Below are positions 1-9,250 of a DNA stretch of 64,000 bases, in pieces. Position numbers and translations under genes: made by a program. Where the stretch lies: contig JBEKCB010000012.1 in NCBI GenBank assembly GCA_050015075.1, positions 52,036-116,035 on the forward strand. Reading direction: 5' to 3'. This DNA is from Candidatus Brocadiia bacterium (lineage in GTDB: Bacteria > Planctomycetota > Brocadiia > CAIUPP01). The notes beneath the pieces are model-generated. The model saw only the letters and a list, made by a program, of their open reading frames with translations. It was not told the origin of the DNA and made no database searches. How positions within the stretch are numbered: the first letter of the stretch is position 1; each line of letters opens with the position of its first letter.

Positions 1-780
1 CTCGTCCTGCGGATCGCCTTCGCCCGCGATTAGTCCGCTGACGACATCGTGCGATCCCACATAACGCCGGACGTTCACGCGCACGCGCAGAAGGACCGGC
101 CCGCGCTCCTGGATCATGCGGCGCAGTTCGTCGCCCTCGCGCGCGGAGATGGAGAGGCCGACCAGGCGCCCGGAAGCTTCGTCAATCTTGATGCTGCCCC
201 ACGAGAACTTGGCCCAGGCCGTCGCCTCGGGCCGGTCGCGGACCGGCAGATCGTAGATGAGGCCGGCAGCGCCTTTCTTGAAGAACTCAAATCCGGCCTC
301 GCGGCCGAGCCGCGTCAGGACCATCTTCCCGAGCAGTCCGCGCGGCGGGACGCGGTCGTACGCCTCCTTCGAGTCGAGGGCCACCAACTCGCAGGTCATT
401 CCTTCCGCAGGCGTGCTGGTGCTCCACTGGACCACCTGCCAGGGGTTCTTATGATAGTCAACCAGCCGCCGCCGGATGGGTTTGACGATGTCGGCGGTCG
501 CCCCGAGCACGTCCGCGGCTTCGTGGATCGTCCACCGCCCCGAACCCGGCACGCCGCCGGTCTGGATGCTGTATACCTCCGTTGCCGCGCCGGCCCGCTC
601 GAATCCCCAGCAGATCGTGCGGGTCGTATCGTGGAACCGGTCGAAGGAGTTCCACCGGTCCGTCTCGACAATCGCCTTGACGGAGTTGAGAATCCGCCCG
701 CCCGCGATGGCGCCGTGCAGCAGCGGGATGGTCTCTCGACAGAACTTGCTCATGCATCCGGGCAAACGAGGCTCTCGCAT
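1..780 (-). CDS. DUF4910/M28-like aminopeptidase-fold protein, 3' end runs off the window (start ATG 780 or 753)
   Basis: Hand-translated open frame absent from the ORF track: MSKFCRETIPLLHGAIAGGRILNSVKAIVETDRWNSFDRFHDTT...VDYHKNPWQVVQWSTSTP...GLSISAREGDELRRMI...HDVVSGLIAGEGDPQDE. It is colinear with the N-terminal half of the neighbouring 981..3755 protein. Confidence 0.75.
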   Translation of the reverse strand, partial: MREPRLPGCMSKFCRETIPLLHGAIAGGRILNSVKAIVETDRWNSFDRFHDTTRTICWGFERAGAATEVYSIQTGGVPGSGRWTIHEAADVLGATADIVKPIRRRLVDYHKNPWQVVQWSTSTPAEGMTCELVALDSKEAYDRVPPRGLLGKMVLTRLGREAGFEFFKKGAAGLIYDLPVRDRPEATAWAKFSWGSIKIDEASGRLVGLSISAREGDELRRMIQERGPVLLRVRVNVRRYVGSHDVVSGLIAGEGDPQDE

Positions 781-840
781 GGGAGCGCTCCATGAAACGT
801 CAGTCGAAAATCACATGCATAAACTCAGCACGCGTCATGC

Positions 841-897
841 CGCTCGTAGTGTGCCCGTCAGGGCATACGAAGTAGCGCCTGAGGCGCCACTACAAGC
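841..897. repeat. GTAG-type REP doublet (REPIN-like), copy 1
   Basis: cgctcGTAGtgtgcccgtcagggcatacgaagtagcgcctgaggcgccaCTACaagc has two short hairpins bounded by GTAG/CTAC. A similar copy lies at 3994..4051. Confidence 0.65.
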
Positions 898-904
898 GGC
901 GTAT

Positions 905-932
905 GAGATTCCTCGCTGCGCTCGGAATGACG
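905..932. repeat. CGTC-type REP-like palindrome
   Basis: gagATTCCtcgctgcgctcGGAATgacg. The reverse strand reads CGTCattccgagcgcagcgaggaatctc, a typical CGTC-tagged extragenic repeat. Confidence 0.6.
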
Positions 933-980
933 ACCGCGCATTATACAAGTTATTCCGATGCCAGCGCACAAGATGAGCCG

Positions 981-3755
981 CTACCGCGCGGAAGCGGCGC
1001 GTTTCCTGTAGGCGCTGCAGAACAAACAAGTTTCGGCGTCGCAAAGCAGCAGGTTCGGGTCCTCGCGCAGCGCTCGCATCCCCAATTCGTACATCGGGCG
1101 CGCCTCGATGACCTTTATCGCTCCCAGGCCGAGCGTGGCTTTCCGGATCTCCAGCCCCATGGCGAGGAGCCGCTTGTACATTTTCGAATCTTCCCCGCGG
1201 TAGAAGTCGCGATGGCCCGGAAGATGCTTCGGGACGAACACCGTGCGGACGCGGCCGCCCTCCTTGACGCAACACAGGGCGCTTCTGAGCCAGGGCGCGT
1301 CCAGTTCGGTTTCGAGGAAGTGGAAGAAGGTCGTGGAGTACAGGCCGGCGCCGAACCAGGCCATTTTCCCGCCATGATCGAGGAGTTTGCCGAAGGGGCT
1401 CCGACGGCACGCCGGCGGATCGTCCTCCCGATGCTCGGACAGGCATTGCGCCGCCAGCGGTCCGATGCCGACCACGGAGTGGCTGCAATGCCTGCTGCGG
1501 ATCACGCCGGCCCTCTTCATCAAATGTTGTGCCAGGCGGCCCGTGACCACCGAGTCGGTCCGGTCCGCCTCATGCGGCCGATAGCGGCGGTTCTTGCTCC
1601 CGAATCCCTCGTAAAAGATGGAAGGCCGATCGAAGGCGGGGAGCAGAAGAGTCCCCTTCTCGCCCAGGACTTCCAGGAACGCGTCGAGGACCGTGTCGGC
1701 GCCTCCGCGGATCCGGCCGAAGTGCGAGATGCCCGTGTGCGCCAGGACCAGGTCGCCGCTTTTCAGCCCGGCCTGCCGCAAGGCTTGGACGATCTGCTCG
1801 CGCGTGATTTCTGAGGCATAGCGCACACCGAGATAGCCCCAATCGCCGAGATAGCCGACGATGTTGATGTACCGTTTGACTTGATAAGGATTGAAACGGC
1901 TCTTCGTCTCCCACTCCGTCTCGATCAGCAGATCCTTCAGCGTCTTCTTCCCGTCCATGTTCGCAAGGATGCGCGAGAGCGGCCCATAGATGCACTCGTC
2001 CGGGAGCGGCCGCCGGTCGGCTTTCGGCACTCGCTGCAAATCGTGAGGAAGGCCGACCGTCGCGCGCGAGGGCACGATCGTGGCGGCGTATTCGAGCCAG
2101 GGATTTTCAGGCGCGGGACTCTGGGAAGGATTCTGCGATTTCCACCACTCCTTCAGTTGTTTCTCGAGGGCCAGAAAGACCTGCTCCTTTTCTTTTCGAA
2201 GCAGAGAAAGCGTCTCCTCGATCTCCGGGCAGTCGCCGACCCGCTTGAAGTCGGAGAATTGCCTGGACTCATGGGCCAGCCGGAACTCCATCCGCCGGCG
2301 GGCGCGCTCCATCAACTCGCTTTCGGAGCCAGGCGGCTGCGCAGCCGCTTCCTCCAGGACCTGGCGGGCCTCGCGTTGCAGATGGCCCTGGGCGGTTGAA
2401 CCGGCCGCGGCGATCTCCATGCGGGCCGCGGCCGGATCGAGGAGGAGCAACTTGGCCAGCCAGGCGCCGATCAACGCGGTGGAGCGCTTGATCACGTTCT
2501 TGTCAATGAGCGACATGTCCTGCACGCTGTTGTGCCAGAACTTATACCCGTCCGTAACGTAGGCCGTTGGAACGCCGACGGTCGGATCCGAAAGGCACGT
2601 ATCGTCGCCATACGTGCCGAACTCGCCGAAGCTGCCGAGCACCGGCGATGCCTGGCCCCGGTACTGTTCATACAACCGCTCGAGGAGATAGTTGCCGAAG
2701 AACCCCAGCGCGGGCGGCGCGGCGTTCACGCGGGCCGGACGGGCATCCTTCGCGACCGGCACGGCGTCGAGGTTGACCGCGCCGATGACCTGGTCGCGCA
2801 AGCGCCCGCCGCGACGGTCCGCGTACGCGGAGAAGCCGTACATCTCCTGGCCGCAGACCAGCCTGAGCGTGAACCGCGGCGGAGCGATGGTCCCCGCCTG
2901 GATCATCTTCTGAAGCGCGCGCGCGATCTCTATGCCGGCGACGACCCCGACGGAATTATCGTTGCTCATCGGCTCGTAGAGGTGGGCGAGCGTCCACACC
3001 TCTCGCGTCTCGCGGCCCGGCAGAATCGCGGTGACCAGGTCCACTTCATCTTCGTACAGGCGGCCGTCGGACTCGACGCGCACCAGGAGTTCGCCCGCGC
3101 GCGCCGCGGCGCGCAGCGCGTCGCCTGTGCGCGGGCTGACGCTGAATCCGACGATGGGCCGGTCGTCGGCCAGGACATGCCACTGCGGGCCGTCCCCGAA
3201 GCCGTTGACCCACATGATGGAGTCGGGCGTCTCGTATCGCCCTTGCAGCCAGTCGTTCACGATTCCCAGCCCGCCCAGGTCGCAGACCCTGGCATAGAGA
3301 TCGCCTCTGGGGCGCGTTTCCGGGTTGGAGATCAGCATGGCGTTGGCCGTCTCGCAACCGCCGGAAAACTGTTCTTCGGTGAGCAACCGGGTCACGACGC
3401 CTCCGGCCGGCGTGCTGACGGAGCCGCGGACGAGGTGGAACGGGTGGCGATGGAAGTCCGCGACCACGGGGTTCTCGAACGGCATGGGAGAGTGGAGCAC
3501 CGTCAGCCGGCCCATCGTGGCGTCCCAGGCGAGCGGAGTCGTCTTGTCCTGGTAGCACGTTCGGCCGTCGGCCGGGAAGCGGATGCGCTCCACCTGCTTC
3601 AGGCCCGATTCGCTCATCAGGCGTTCGGTGAACTTGGCGGCTTCGCGGTTATGCCGATGGCACTGGCCAAGCTCGATTTTCCAGAGCTTCTCGGTGTTCT
3701 CCAGAAGCCATTCTGCGTCAATCACCTTCAGCAGTTCGTTGAACAGCGTCATCAT
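981..3755 (-). CDS. DUF4910/M28-like peptidase fused to a C-terminal AAC(3)-family N-acetyltransferase domain
   Basis: M28-type motifs AHLYEP, NDNSVG, QEMYG, VNLD, DDTCL and WHNS. The C-terminal domain has AAC(3) motifs (LRQAGLKSGDLVLAHTG, GTLLLPAF, RSRHCSHS, SPFGKL, TTFFHFLE). Confidence 0.8.
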   Translation of the reverse strand: MMTLFNELLKVIDAEWLLENTEKLWKIELGQCHRHNREAAKFTERLMSESGLKQVERIRFPADGRTCYQDKTTPLAWDATMGRLTVLHSPMPFENPVVADFHRHPFHLVRGSVSTPAGGVVTRLLTEEQFSGGCETANAMLISNPETRPRGDLYARVCDLGGLGIVNDWLQGRYETPDSIMWVNGFGDGPQWHVLADDRPIVGFSVSPRTGDALRAAARAGELLVRVESDGRLYEDEVDLVTAILPGRETREVWTLAHLYEPMSNDNSVGVVAGIEIARALQKMIQAGTIAPPRFTLRLVCGQEMYGFSAYADRRGGRLRDQVIGAVNLDAVPVAKDARPARVNAAPPALGFFGNYLLERLYEQYRGQASPVLGSFGEFGTYGDDTCLSDPTVGVPTAYVTDGYKFWHNSVQDMSLIDKNVIKRSTALIGAWLAKLLLLDPAAARMEIAAAGSTAQGHLQREARQVLEEAAAQPPGSESELMERARRRMEFRLAHESRQFSDFKRVGDCPEIEETLSLLRKEKEQVFLALEKQLKEWWKSQNPSQSPAPENPWLEYAATIVPSRATVGLPHDLQRVPKADRRPLPDECIYGPLSRILANMDGKKTLKDLLIETEWETKSRFNPYQVKRYINIVGYLGDWGYLGVRYASEITREQIVQALRQAGLKSGDLVLAHTGISHFGRIRGGADTVLDAFLEVLGEKGTLLLPAFDRPSIFYEGFGSKNRRYRPHEADRTDSVVTGRLAQHLMKRAGVIRSRHCSHSVVGIGPLAAQCLSEHREDDPPACRRSPFGKLLDHGGKMAWFGAGLYSTTFFHFLETELDAPWLRSALCCVKEGGRVRTVFVPKHLPGHRDFYRGEDSKMYKRLLAMGLEIRKATLGLGAIKVIEARPMYELGMRALREDPNLLLCDAETCLFCSAYRKRAASAR

Positions 3756-3842
3756 GAAATTCTTGCCTTGTGGATATGCACGGGATTGAACCGGCCCCGG
3801 TTTGAGGGGCTTTGCAGAGCCACATGCGGAGCGCGCGATCGC

Positions 3843-3959
3843 TTACCGGCCGGCCTCGGACATTCGGCCGAAGCGGGCGATTCATTTATGCATGCTGCTC
3901 AGCCCGCCTCCGCTGGCCGGCTGATGGTTGGCTTCGATAATCTTCCGCAGCGACGGCTC
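3843..3959 (-). pseudogene. 3'-terminal remnant of the secreted paralog family (B-type)
   Basis: Translates EPSLRKIIEANHQPASGGGLSSMHK*IARFGRMSEAGR*, compared with DPTLRKIFEANLDPAGWGGLAGTPEWVARYGRASEAAH in the 35284 copy. An in-frame TGA at 3882..3884 replaces the conserved Trp. Confidence 0.75.
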
Positions 3960-3961
3960 AG

Positions 3962-3988
3962 ATTACAACACGGTTACGCGATAGTCAA
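3962..3988 (-). promoter_or_regulatory. Putative promoter TTGACT-N15-TGTAAT of the type found upstream of B-type paralogs
   Basis: Same TTGACT-N15-nnTAATC arrangement as at 12098..12124, 36632..36658 and 50407..50433. Confidence 0.5.
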
Positions 3989-3993
3989 GCTGT

Positions 3994-4051
3994 CGCTCGC
4001 ACTGTGCCCGCCAGGGCATACGGAGCAGCGCCTGACGGCGCCACCACAAGC
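3994..4051. repeat. REP doublet (REPIN-like), degenerate copy 2
   Basis: cgctcgcactgtgcccgccagggcatacggagcagcgcctgacggcgccaccacaagc aligns over its whole length with 841..897. Confidence 0.65.
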
Positions 4052-7000
4052 TCACGACTCCGTCGTCCGCGACCCGCTGCATGCGCGGATGGCGGCAACC
4101 AGGTCCTCGGACGGACCGCCCTTGGTCAGGTAGGCCACCGCGCCGGCCTGGCGCATGGCCTCGGCGGTGTCTCTCTCCTGGTGCATCGAGAGGGCAATGA
4201 CCTTGACCTCGGGCAGTTCCTTGCTCAGAATGCGCGTGGCTTCGATGCCATTCATCACCGGCATGTTCACGTCCATGATAATCACGTCGGGCACGTACTG
4301 GTGGGCGAGTTCCACGGCCTGCCGGCCGTTTTCGGCCTCGGCCACCACCTCGATGTCCTCCTCGAATTCCAGAAGGCTGGTGAGGCCCTGGCGCATGATC
4401 CTGTGGTCGTCCACCAGCAGCACGCTTATTCTGCGTCCCTTCGTGTGGACGGGGGCCATCGCCGCCGGCGGCGCCGTCGGAGCGGCGGAGGCGGCTTCCT
4501 TCGCTGCGGCCTGTCCGATGGGGATCATCAGGACGAACCGCGCCCCGCGCCCGGGCGCGCTGTCCACTTCCATGCGTCCGCCCAGATAAGCCAGGCGCTG
4601 CTGGATGCTGAAGAGTCCGAAGCCTCCGCCGCGGTGGGCGGCGATCGCGGACGGATCGAAGCCCTTGCCCTTGTCCTCGACGATGATCTGCGTCCAGTTC
4701 TCCTTTGAGCGGCGCATGATCAACTGCGCCTCGCGCACGCCGGAGTGCTTGACGGCGTTCAGGAGCAGTTCCTGCACCGAGCTGAAGAGTAGCGCGCGCA
4801 CGTCCGGATCGGCCGGTTCGGCATCGCTGTTGGCCCGGACATGGACCTTGAAAAGGTGCGTTTCCTCCTCGCGGGCGGCCAGCCACGTCAGGGCCGCCGT
4901 CAGGCCCGACTGGTGGAGGATGGGCGGGCTGAGCTCCACCGTGAGCGAGCGCGATGCGGTAATGGCCTCGGCGATGATGGAGTTGATGCCTTGCGCGGTG
5001 GACCGAACGGTGGTGGGGTCCGCGCGTTCGATCAGGCTCAACTGCAACTGCGCCGCCACGAGCAACTGCTGGATGTGGTCGTGCAGAATGCCCGCCAGGC
5101 GCTTGCGCTCGCGCTGCTCGGCCTGGGAGAGATCCACGGCCAGCGCGCGGAGCTGGTCGGCCTGCTGCTGCACCTCCGCCGTGCGCTCGGTCACGCGCCG
5201 TTCGAGCGACAGGTTCAGCTCGCGCAACGCCTCCTCGGCCCGCTTGCGCTCGCTGATATCGAAGAACACCACGGCGAAACGGCCCGGTTCGGTCTGATAA
5301 GAACTGACCTCAAACCACCGCCCGAGAGGGCCGAAGGCGGATTCGAAATGCGCCGGTTCCCCGGTCAGGGCCACTTTCCCGTACCGCTCGAACCATTCGG
5401 GCTCGGCCTGTGGGAACAATTCGAGGCAGGTCCGGCCGGCAATATCCGCCGCTTTCAGGCCGGTGTGACGTTCGAAAGCCGGATTGACCGCCAGGTAGCG
5501 CAGGTCGCAGGGCTTTCCCCTGTCGTCGCAGATGATCTCGTTGATGGAGAAGCCCTCGCTCATGGTGTCGAAGAGCGTTCGGAACCGCGCCTCGCTCTGC
5601 CGCAGTGCCTCTTCGGCCTGCCTGCGCGCGGTGATGTCCACCATAATCGTAAGGATAACCTTCTCGGCTCCCAGGGTCAGGAGCTGCGCGGAGAACTCCG
5701 CGACGAAAACCTCGCCGGACTTTTTATGGAACTGCTGCTCCCAACCGCGCACGGCGCCTTTCTCGCGCAACGTTTGAACGAAATGAGCCGCGGCATCGTC
5801 CGTCGGCCAGATGTGCATTTTCCTGGCGAAATGTCCAATGGCCTCTTCCCGGCTGTAGCCGTTCATCGCCGCCCATGCATCGTTCACGTCCAGGAACAGG
5901 CCGTCGTCGAGGCGCGTCAGCGCAACGCCGGCCGGATTGCCGGCGAAGGCTTTGGCAAATTTCTCCTCGGACAGTTGCAGCGCCTCCTCGCCCCGTTTGC
6001 GCTCGGTGATGTCATGAGAGATGGACCCAACGCCGTATGTGTGGCCATCCGCATTCACCAACGGGAACTTGTTCGCCAGGAAGATGTGGTGACCGTCCGG
6101 GAGATCAGCCACTTCCTCAATCTGGATGGCCTTGCCAGTCGCCATCACCTGTTTGTCGTGTGTCCGCCAGTAGTCGGCGACTTCCTTGGGGGCAATGTCA
6201 TAGTCCGTCTTGCCTTTCAGTTTGTCCCGAGATATTCCAAGCATTCTCTCCAACGACGCGTTGATGGTGATGAACTTCCCGTCAAGGTCCTTGAGGAAGA
6301 TGGGGGACGTGCTGCCATCTATCACGTTCTGCAAGAGCTGCTCTCTTTGCCGCAGCGCCTCCTCGGCCCGCTTGCGCTCGACGATTTCCCAGGAGAAGTC
6401 GCCAAGGTGCGAAACCGTATCCGCGTCGGTGGGGTCATAGTTGGTCGGCTTGTTGCCCACGCCGATAATCGCCACGATACGGCCGCCGCGCATGATCGGA
6501 ACGACCATTTCCCGGATGACCGGCGCATGCCCGGCGGGCAGTCCTTTGCGGTCCGGCAATGAGGCGTAGTCATTGTGAATGACCGTGCGCCGCCGGCGGA
6601 CGCACTCCACCCAGACGCCCGCGTCGGAGACCGGGTAATGCCGCCCCTTGCCCTCGGCCATGCACATGTTCCGCAGGGTGTTCGTGGACCAGGTCTGGAG
6701 CGAGAGCGTTTCCTGATCGGGTTCCATGTAGTGGTAGAAGCCGATGACGCTGCCGGTCCGGGCTTCGATCTCGTCGAGCAGCATCCGAAGCGTCTCGTCG
6801 AGGGAGAGCGCCGGGTCGTTGGATGCAACCATCATCCGCAGCCGCGCCTCCGTGAGGCCTTCGGCCCGCTTGCGCTCAGTGATATCAGCGAGGAAGGAAT
6901 AGTAGTAGAGCGGCTTGCCCTCCGCATCCTTCACCAGGTGGACGAGCAGCTCGATGGGTACCCGCGTGCCGTCCTTCCGGACGTACTCCTTCTCATAATT

Positions 7001-9250
7001 GATCGGCCGGCCGGTGCGGATTTGGTCCTCCAGCTTCGGCAGTTCGATCTCCAGCCATTCCGGCGGAGTCAGCGTCCTGGCCCAGTCAACGGATTGCAGT
7101 TCCTCGCGGCTATAGCCGGTGAGCTGCGCGAAGGCGTCGTTGGCGAGTCCCAACCGCCCGTCCGGGTATCCCACGACGAAAGGCTGAGACGATCGTTCGA
7201 GAATGCCCGCCAGGAACTCATTCTGCCGCTGGCCCTCCCGGACTTCCGCCTGAAGCCGCAGCGCGTCCAATGCGTGCGAGCATTGCGCGGCGAGCCACTC
7301 GATCAGGTGGAACTGTTCCGTGGTCCACTCCTGCGTTGTGTTGCTGTAAATGGTGACGGCGCCGACGGGCATGTCCTTCAACTGCAGCGGCGAGGCCAGC
7401 ACGGCGCCGAATGGCGGGTGGCCGGCGACCGGCAGCATTTTCAAGTCCGGCCTGAGCGCAATATCTTCCAGGGATGCGGTGCGGTCGTGCTGGAGCACCA
7501 GCTCGGTGAACGATGCCTTCATCGGCCAGGAACGAGGAACCTCCGCGCCGTCGAATCCCGCGTGAGCGAGGATATGCAGTTCCTCGCCTCGCCGTTCACA
7601 GATGACAGCGCCGTCGGCGCCGAGACCGAACATCTCCAGGGCCGCCTGGCAGATTTTTTCCAGCGCGTCCTGCTCGCCCAGCGGCAAGCGGGCGGAAGCC
7701 AGCAGCGCCTGGAGCATGTTCTCGCGGTGGCCCAGTTCCGTATTCAGCGCCTGGATTTCCCCCGACTGGGTCGCCAGTTCCTCGTTCTGCTGCGTTAACT
7801 CCTCGGACTGCTGCGCCAGCTCTTCCGTTTGCCGCGTCAGCTCCTCGTTCTGCTGGGCCAGTTCCTCCGTCTGCTGCCGGAGCGATTCCTCGGCGGTCTT
7901 CTGCCGGGTGATGTCGGTGCTGACCTCCAGGATGGCCAGGGGCTTGCCGCGCTCGTCGCGGCGCAGCGCCCAGAGGAGCGCCAGGGACATTTGAGTTCCG
8001 TCCTTGCTGCGCCGGGTCGCTTCACCTTCCCATTGCCCGTTTCCCAGCAGCTCGCCGTGAATCTGCTCCAGGGGCCGGTCGAAATGCGTCTGGAGCAATT
8101 CGTAGGTGAGTTTGCCCTGGGCCTCATCGGCGTCGAAGCCATAGAGCCGGCGGTTGCCTTCGCTCCAGCGGACGATGCGGTGGTCCAGGTCCAGGGACAT
8201 GAGATTGCCCATGTTCAGCAGGGCCAGTTCCTGCTCCTGCGCGGCGCTGACGGCCTCGGCCCCGCGGGCGCGGCGCAGACGCTCGGCCAGAATGCTCAGG
8301 AAGATGCTCGAGCCGGAGTAAATGCCTAACGCCATGGCGTCATTCGCATTCGCGATGCCGAACTGCCCTGTCGGCTCGATGAACCAGTAATCGGCCGCCA
8401 GCGCCGAAAGGACCGTAGCCGCTATTCCCGGCCCGCCGCCGGCGACGCTCGCCACGAGGAGAACCGCCGGATAGAACGTGACGAAGATGGGCATCGGCCC
8501 GACATTCCGCTCCAACCAGGATTTCAGCCACGTGGCCAGCGCAACGACCGCCACCGCGAACGCGTATCGGACAGCGATTCCGGGCCATTTCCTGCCGGCG
8601 CCTCCGAGACGCATGCTGCGCCCCGCCAGCCGCATTGTGCGGATGACGATGACCGCGGAAATCCCCAGAATCGCCAGCGACAGCAGCACGCCGAAACCCA
8701 GCATCAGCGTGCTTTGCCGGGCGACTTCGCCGGCGGCGCGATTCCGCGTTTCCAACAAGTCGCCCTCGCGCTGCTCCATCCGGGCCACGAGTGTCCGAAA
8801 ATCGTCCATGATGGCCTTGCCGCGGTCGGTGCGAATGACCGGCAACGCCGCCTCCATGCCGCCTTCCCTGCGAAGCTTGATGGTCTCCCGCAACTCGTCG
8901 AGCTTGTCGCTGGAGAGCTTCTGAAGTTGATCGAGGCGCTCCTGTTGTTCAGGATTATCCTGGGTCAGGGACCTCACCGAGGCGATGTCCTTCTGTATCT
9001 CTCCGGTAGCCGCGTTGAACGGCTCCAGGTAGCGCTCGTCGCCGGTCAGGACGAAGCCCCGCTGGCCCGTTTCGGCATCCTTGAGCGCCGATTGGACGCG
9101 CTCGAGGTTCTCCAGCACTTCGTGGGTTTGGACCACCCAGAGGTTCGTCTCGGTCAGCCGTTGGATGGCCCGGTAGGATTGGATTCCCACGGCGCCGATG
9201 ATCAGCAGCCCCAGGACGAACGCGACGGTGAGCTTCGCTCCGAGTTTCAT
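4052..9250 (-). CDS. Membrane hybrid sensor histidine kinase (CHASE3, DUF4118, multiple PAS and GAF, HisKA_3, HATPase, receiver)
   Basis: Start MKLGAKL at 9250 (ATGA overlap with the cheR stop). CHASE3 motif DAETGQRGFVLTG; PAS ends DITERKRAEE; H-box ERKRLAGILHDHIQQ; QELLLNAVKHS; receiver LLVDDH...DVIIMDVNMPVMNG. Confidence 0.92.
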   Translation of the reverse strand: MKLGAKLTVAFVLGLLIIGAVGIQSYRAIQRLTETNLWVVQTHEVLENLERVQSALKDAETGQRGFVLTGDERYLEPFNAATGEIQKDIASVRSLTQDNPEQQERLDQLQKLSSDKLDELRETIKLRREGGMEAALPVIRTDRGKAIMDDFRTLVARMEQREGDLLETRNRAAGEVARQSTLMLGFGVLLSLAILGISAVIVIRTMRLAGRSMRLGGAGRKWPGIAVRYAFAVAVVALATWLKSWLERNVGPMPIFVTFYPAVLLVASVAGGGPGIAATVLSALAADYWFIEPTGQFGIANANDAMALGIYSGSSIFLSILAERLRRARGAEAVSAAQEQELALLNMGNLMSLDLDHRIVRWSEGNRRLYGFDADEAQGKLTYELLQTHFDRPLEQIHGELLGNGQWEGEATRRSKDGTQMSLALLWALRRDERGKPLAILEVSTDITRQKTAEESLRQQTEELAQQNEELTRQTEELAQQSEELTQQNEELATQSGEIQALNTELGHRENMLQALLASARLPLGEQDALEKICQAALEMFGLGADGAVICERRGEELHILAHAGFDGAEVPRSWPMKASFTELVLQHDRTASLEDIALRPDLKMLPVAGHPPFGAVLASPLQLKDMPVGAVTIYSNTTQEWTTEQFHLIEWLAAQCSHALDALRLQAEVREGQRQNEFLAGILERSSQPFVVGYPDGRLGLANDAFAQLTGYSREELQSVDWARTLTPPEWLEIELPKLEDQIRTGRPINYEKEYVRKDGTRVPIELLVHLVKDAEGKPLYYYSFLADITERKRAEGLTEARLRMMVASNDPALSLDETLRMLLDEIEARTGSVIGFYHYMEPDQETLSLQTWSTNTLRNMCMAEGKGRHYPVSDAGVWVECVRRRRTVIHNDYASLPDRKGLPAGHAPVIREMVVPIMRGGRIVAIIGVGNKPTNYDPTDADTVSHLGDFSWEIVERKRAEEALRQREQLLQNVIDGSTSPIFLKDLDGKFITINASLERMLGISRDKLKGKTDYDIAPKEVADYWRTHDKQVMATGKAIQIEEVADLPDGHHIFLANKFPLVNADGHTYGVGSISHDITERKRGEEALQLSEEKFAKAFAGNPAGVALTRLDDGLFLDVNDAWAAMNGYSREEAIGHFARKMHIWPTDDAAAHFVQTLREKGAVRGWEQQFHKKSGEVFVAEFSAQLLTLGAEKVILTIMVDITARRQAEEALRQSEARFRTLFDTMSEGFSINEIICDDRGKPCDLRYLAVNPAFERHTGLKAADIAGRTCLELFPQAEPEWFERYGKVALTGEPAHFESAFGPLGRWFEVSSYQTEPGRFAVVFFDISERKRAEEALRELNLSLERRVTERTAEVQQQADQLRALAVDLSQAEQRERKRLAGILHDHIQQLLVAAQLQLSLIERADPTTVRSTAQGINSIIAEAITASRSLTVELSPPILHQSGLTAALTWLAAREEETHLFKVHVRANSDAEPADPDVRALLFSSVQELLLNAVKHSGVREAQLIMRRSKENWTQIIVEDKGKGFDPSAIAAHRGGGFGLFSIQQRLAYLGGRMEVDSAPGRGARFVLMIPIGQAAAKEAASAAPTAPPAAMAPVHTKGRRISVLLVDDHRIMRQGLTSLLEFEEDIEVVAEAENGRQAVELAHQYVPDVIIMDVNMPVMNGIEATRILSKELPEVKVIALSMHQERDTAEAMRQAGAVAYLTKGGPSEDLVAAIRACSGSRTTES
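7763..7880 (-). repeat. 21-bp (heptad) Q/E-rich coiled-coil repeat inside the kinase
   Basis: QQTEELA QQNEELT RQTEELA QQSEELT QQNEELA TQSGEIQ. Confidence 0.8.

Noticed and set aside
981-1830. Aminoglycoside resistance gene
   Set aside because: The AAC(3) domain is fused to a peptidase fold, with no transposase or integron context; family membership alone does not show resistance.
3882-3884. In-frame TGA as selenocysteine or Trp recoding
   Set aside because: It lies in a short fragment with no start codon, and TGA is used as a normal stop by many genes here; decay is the simpler explanation.
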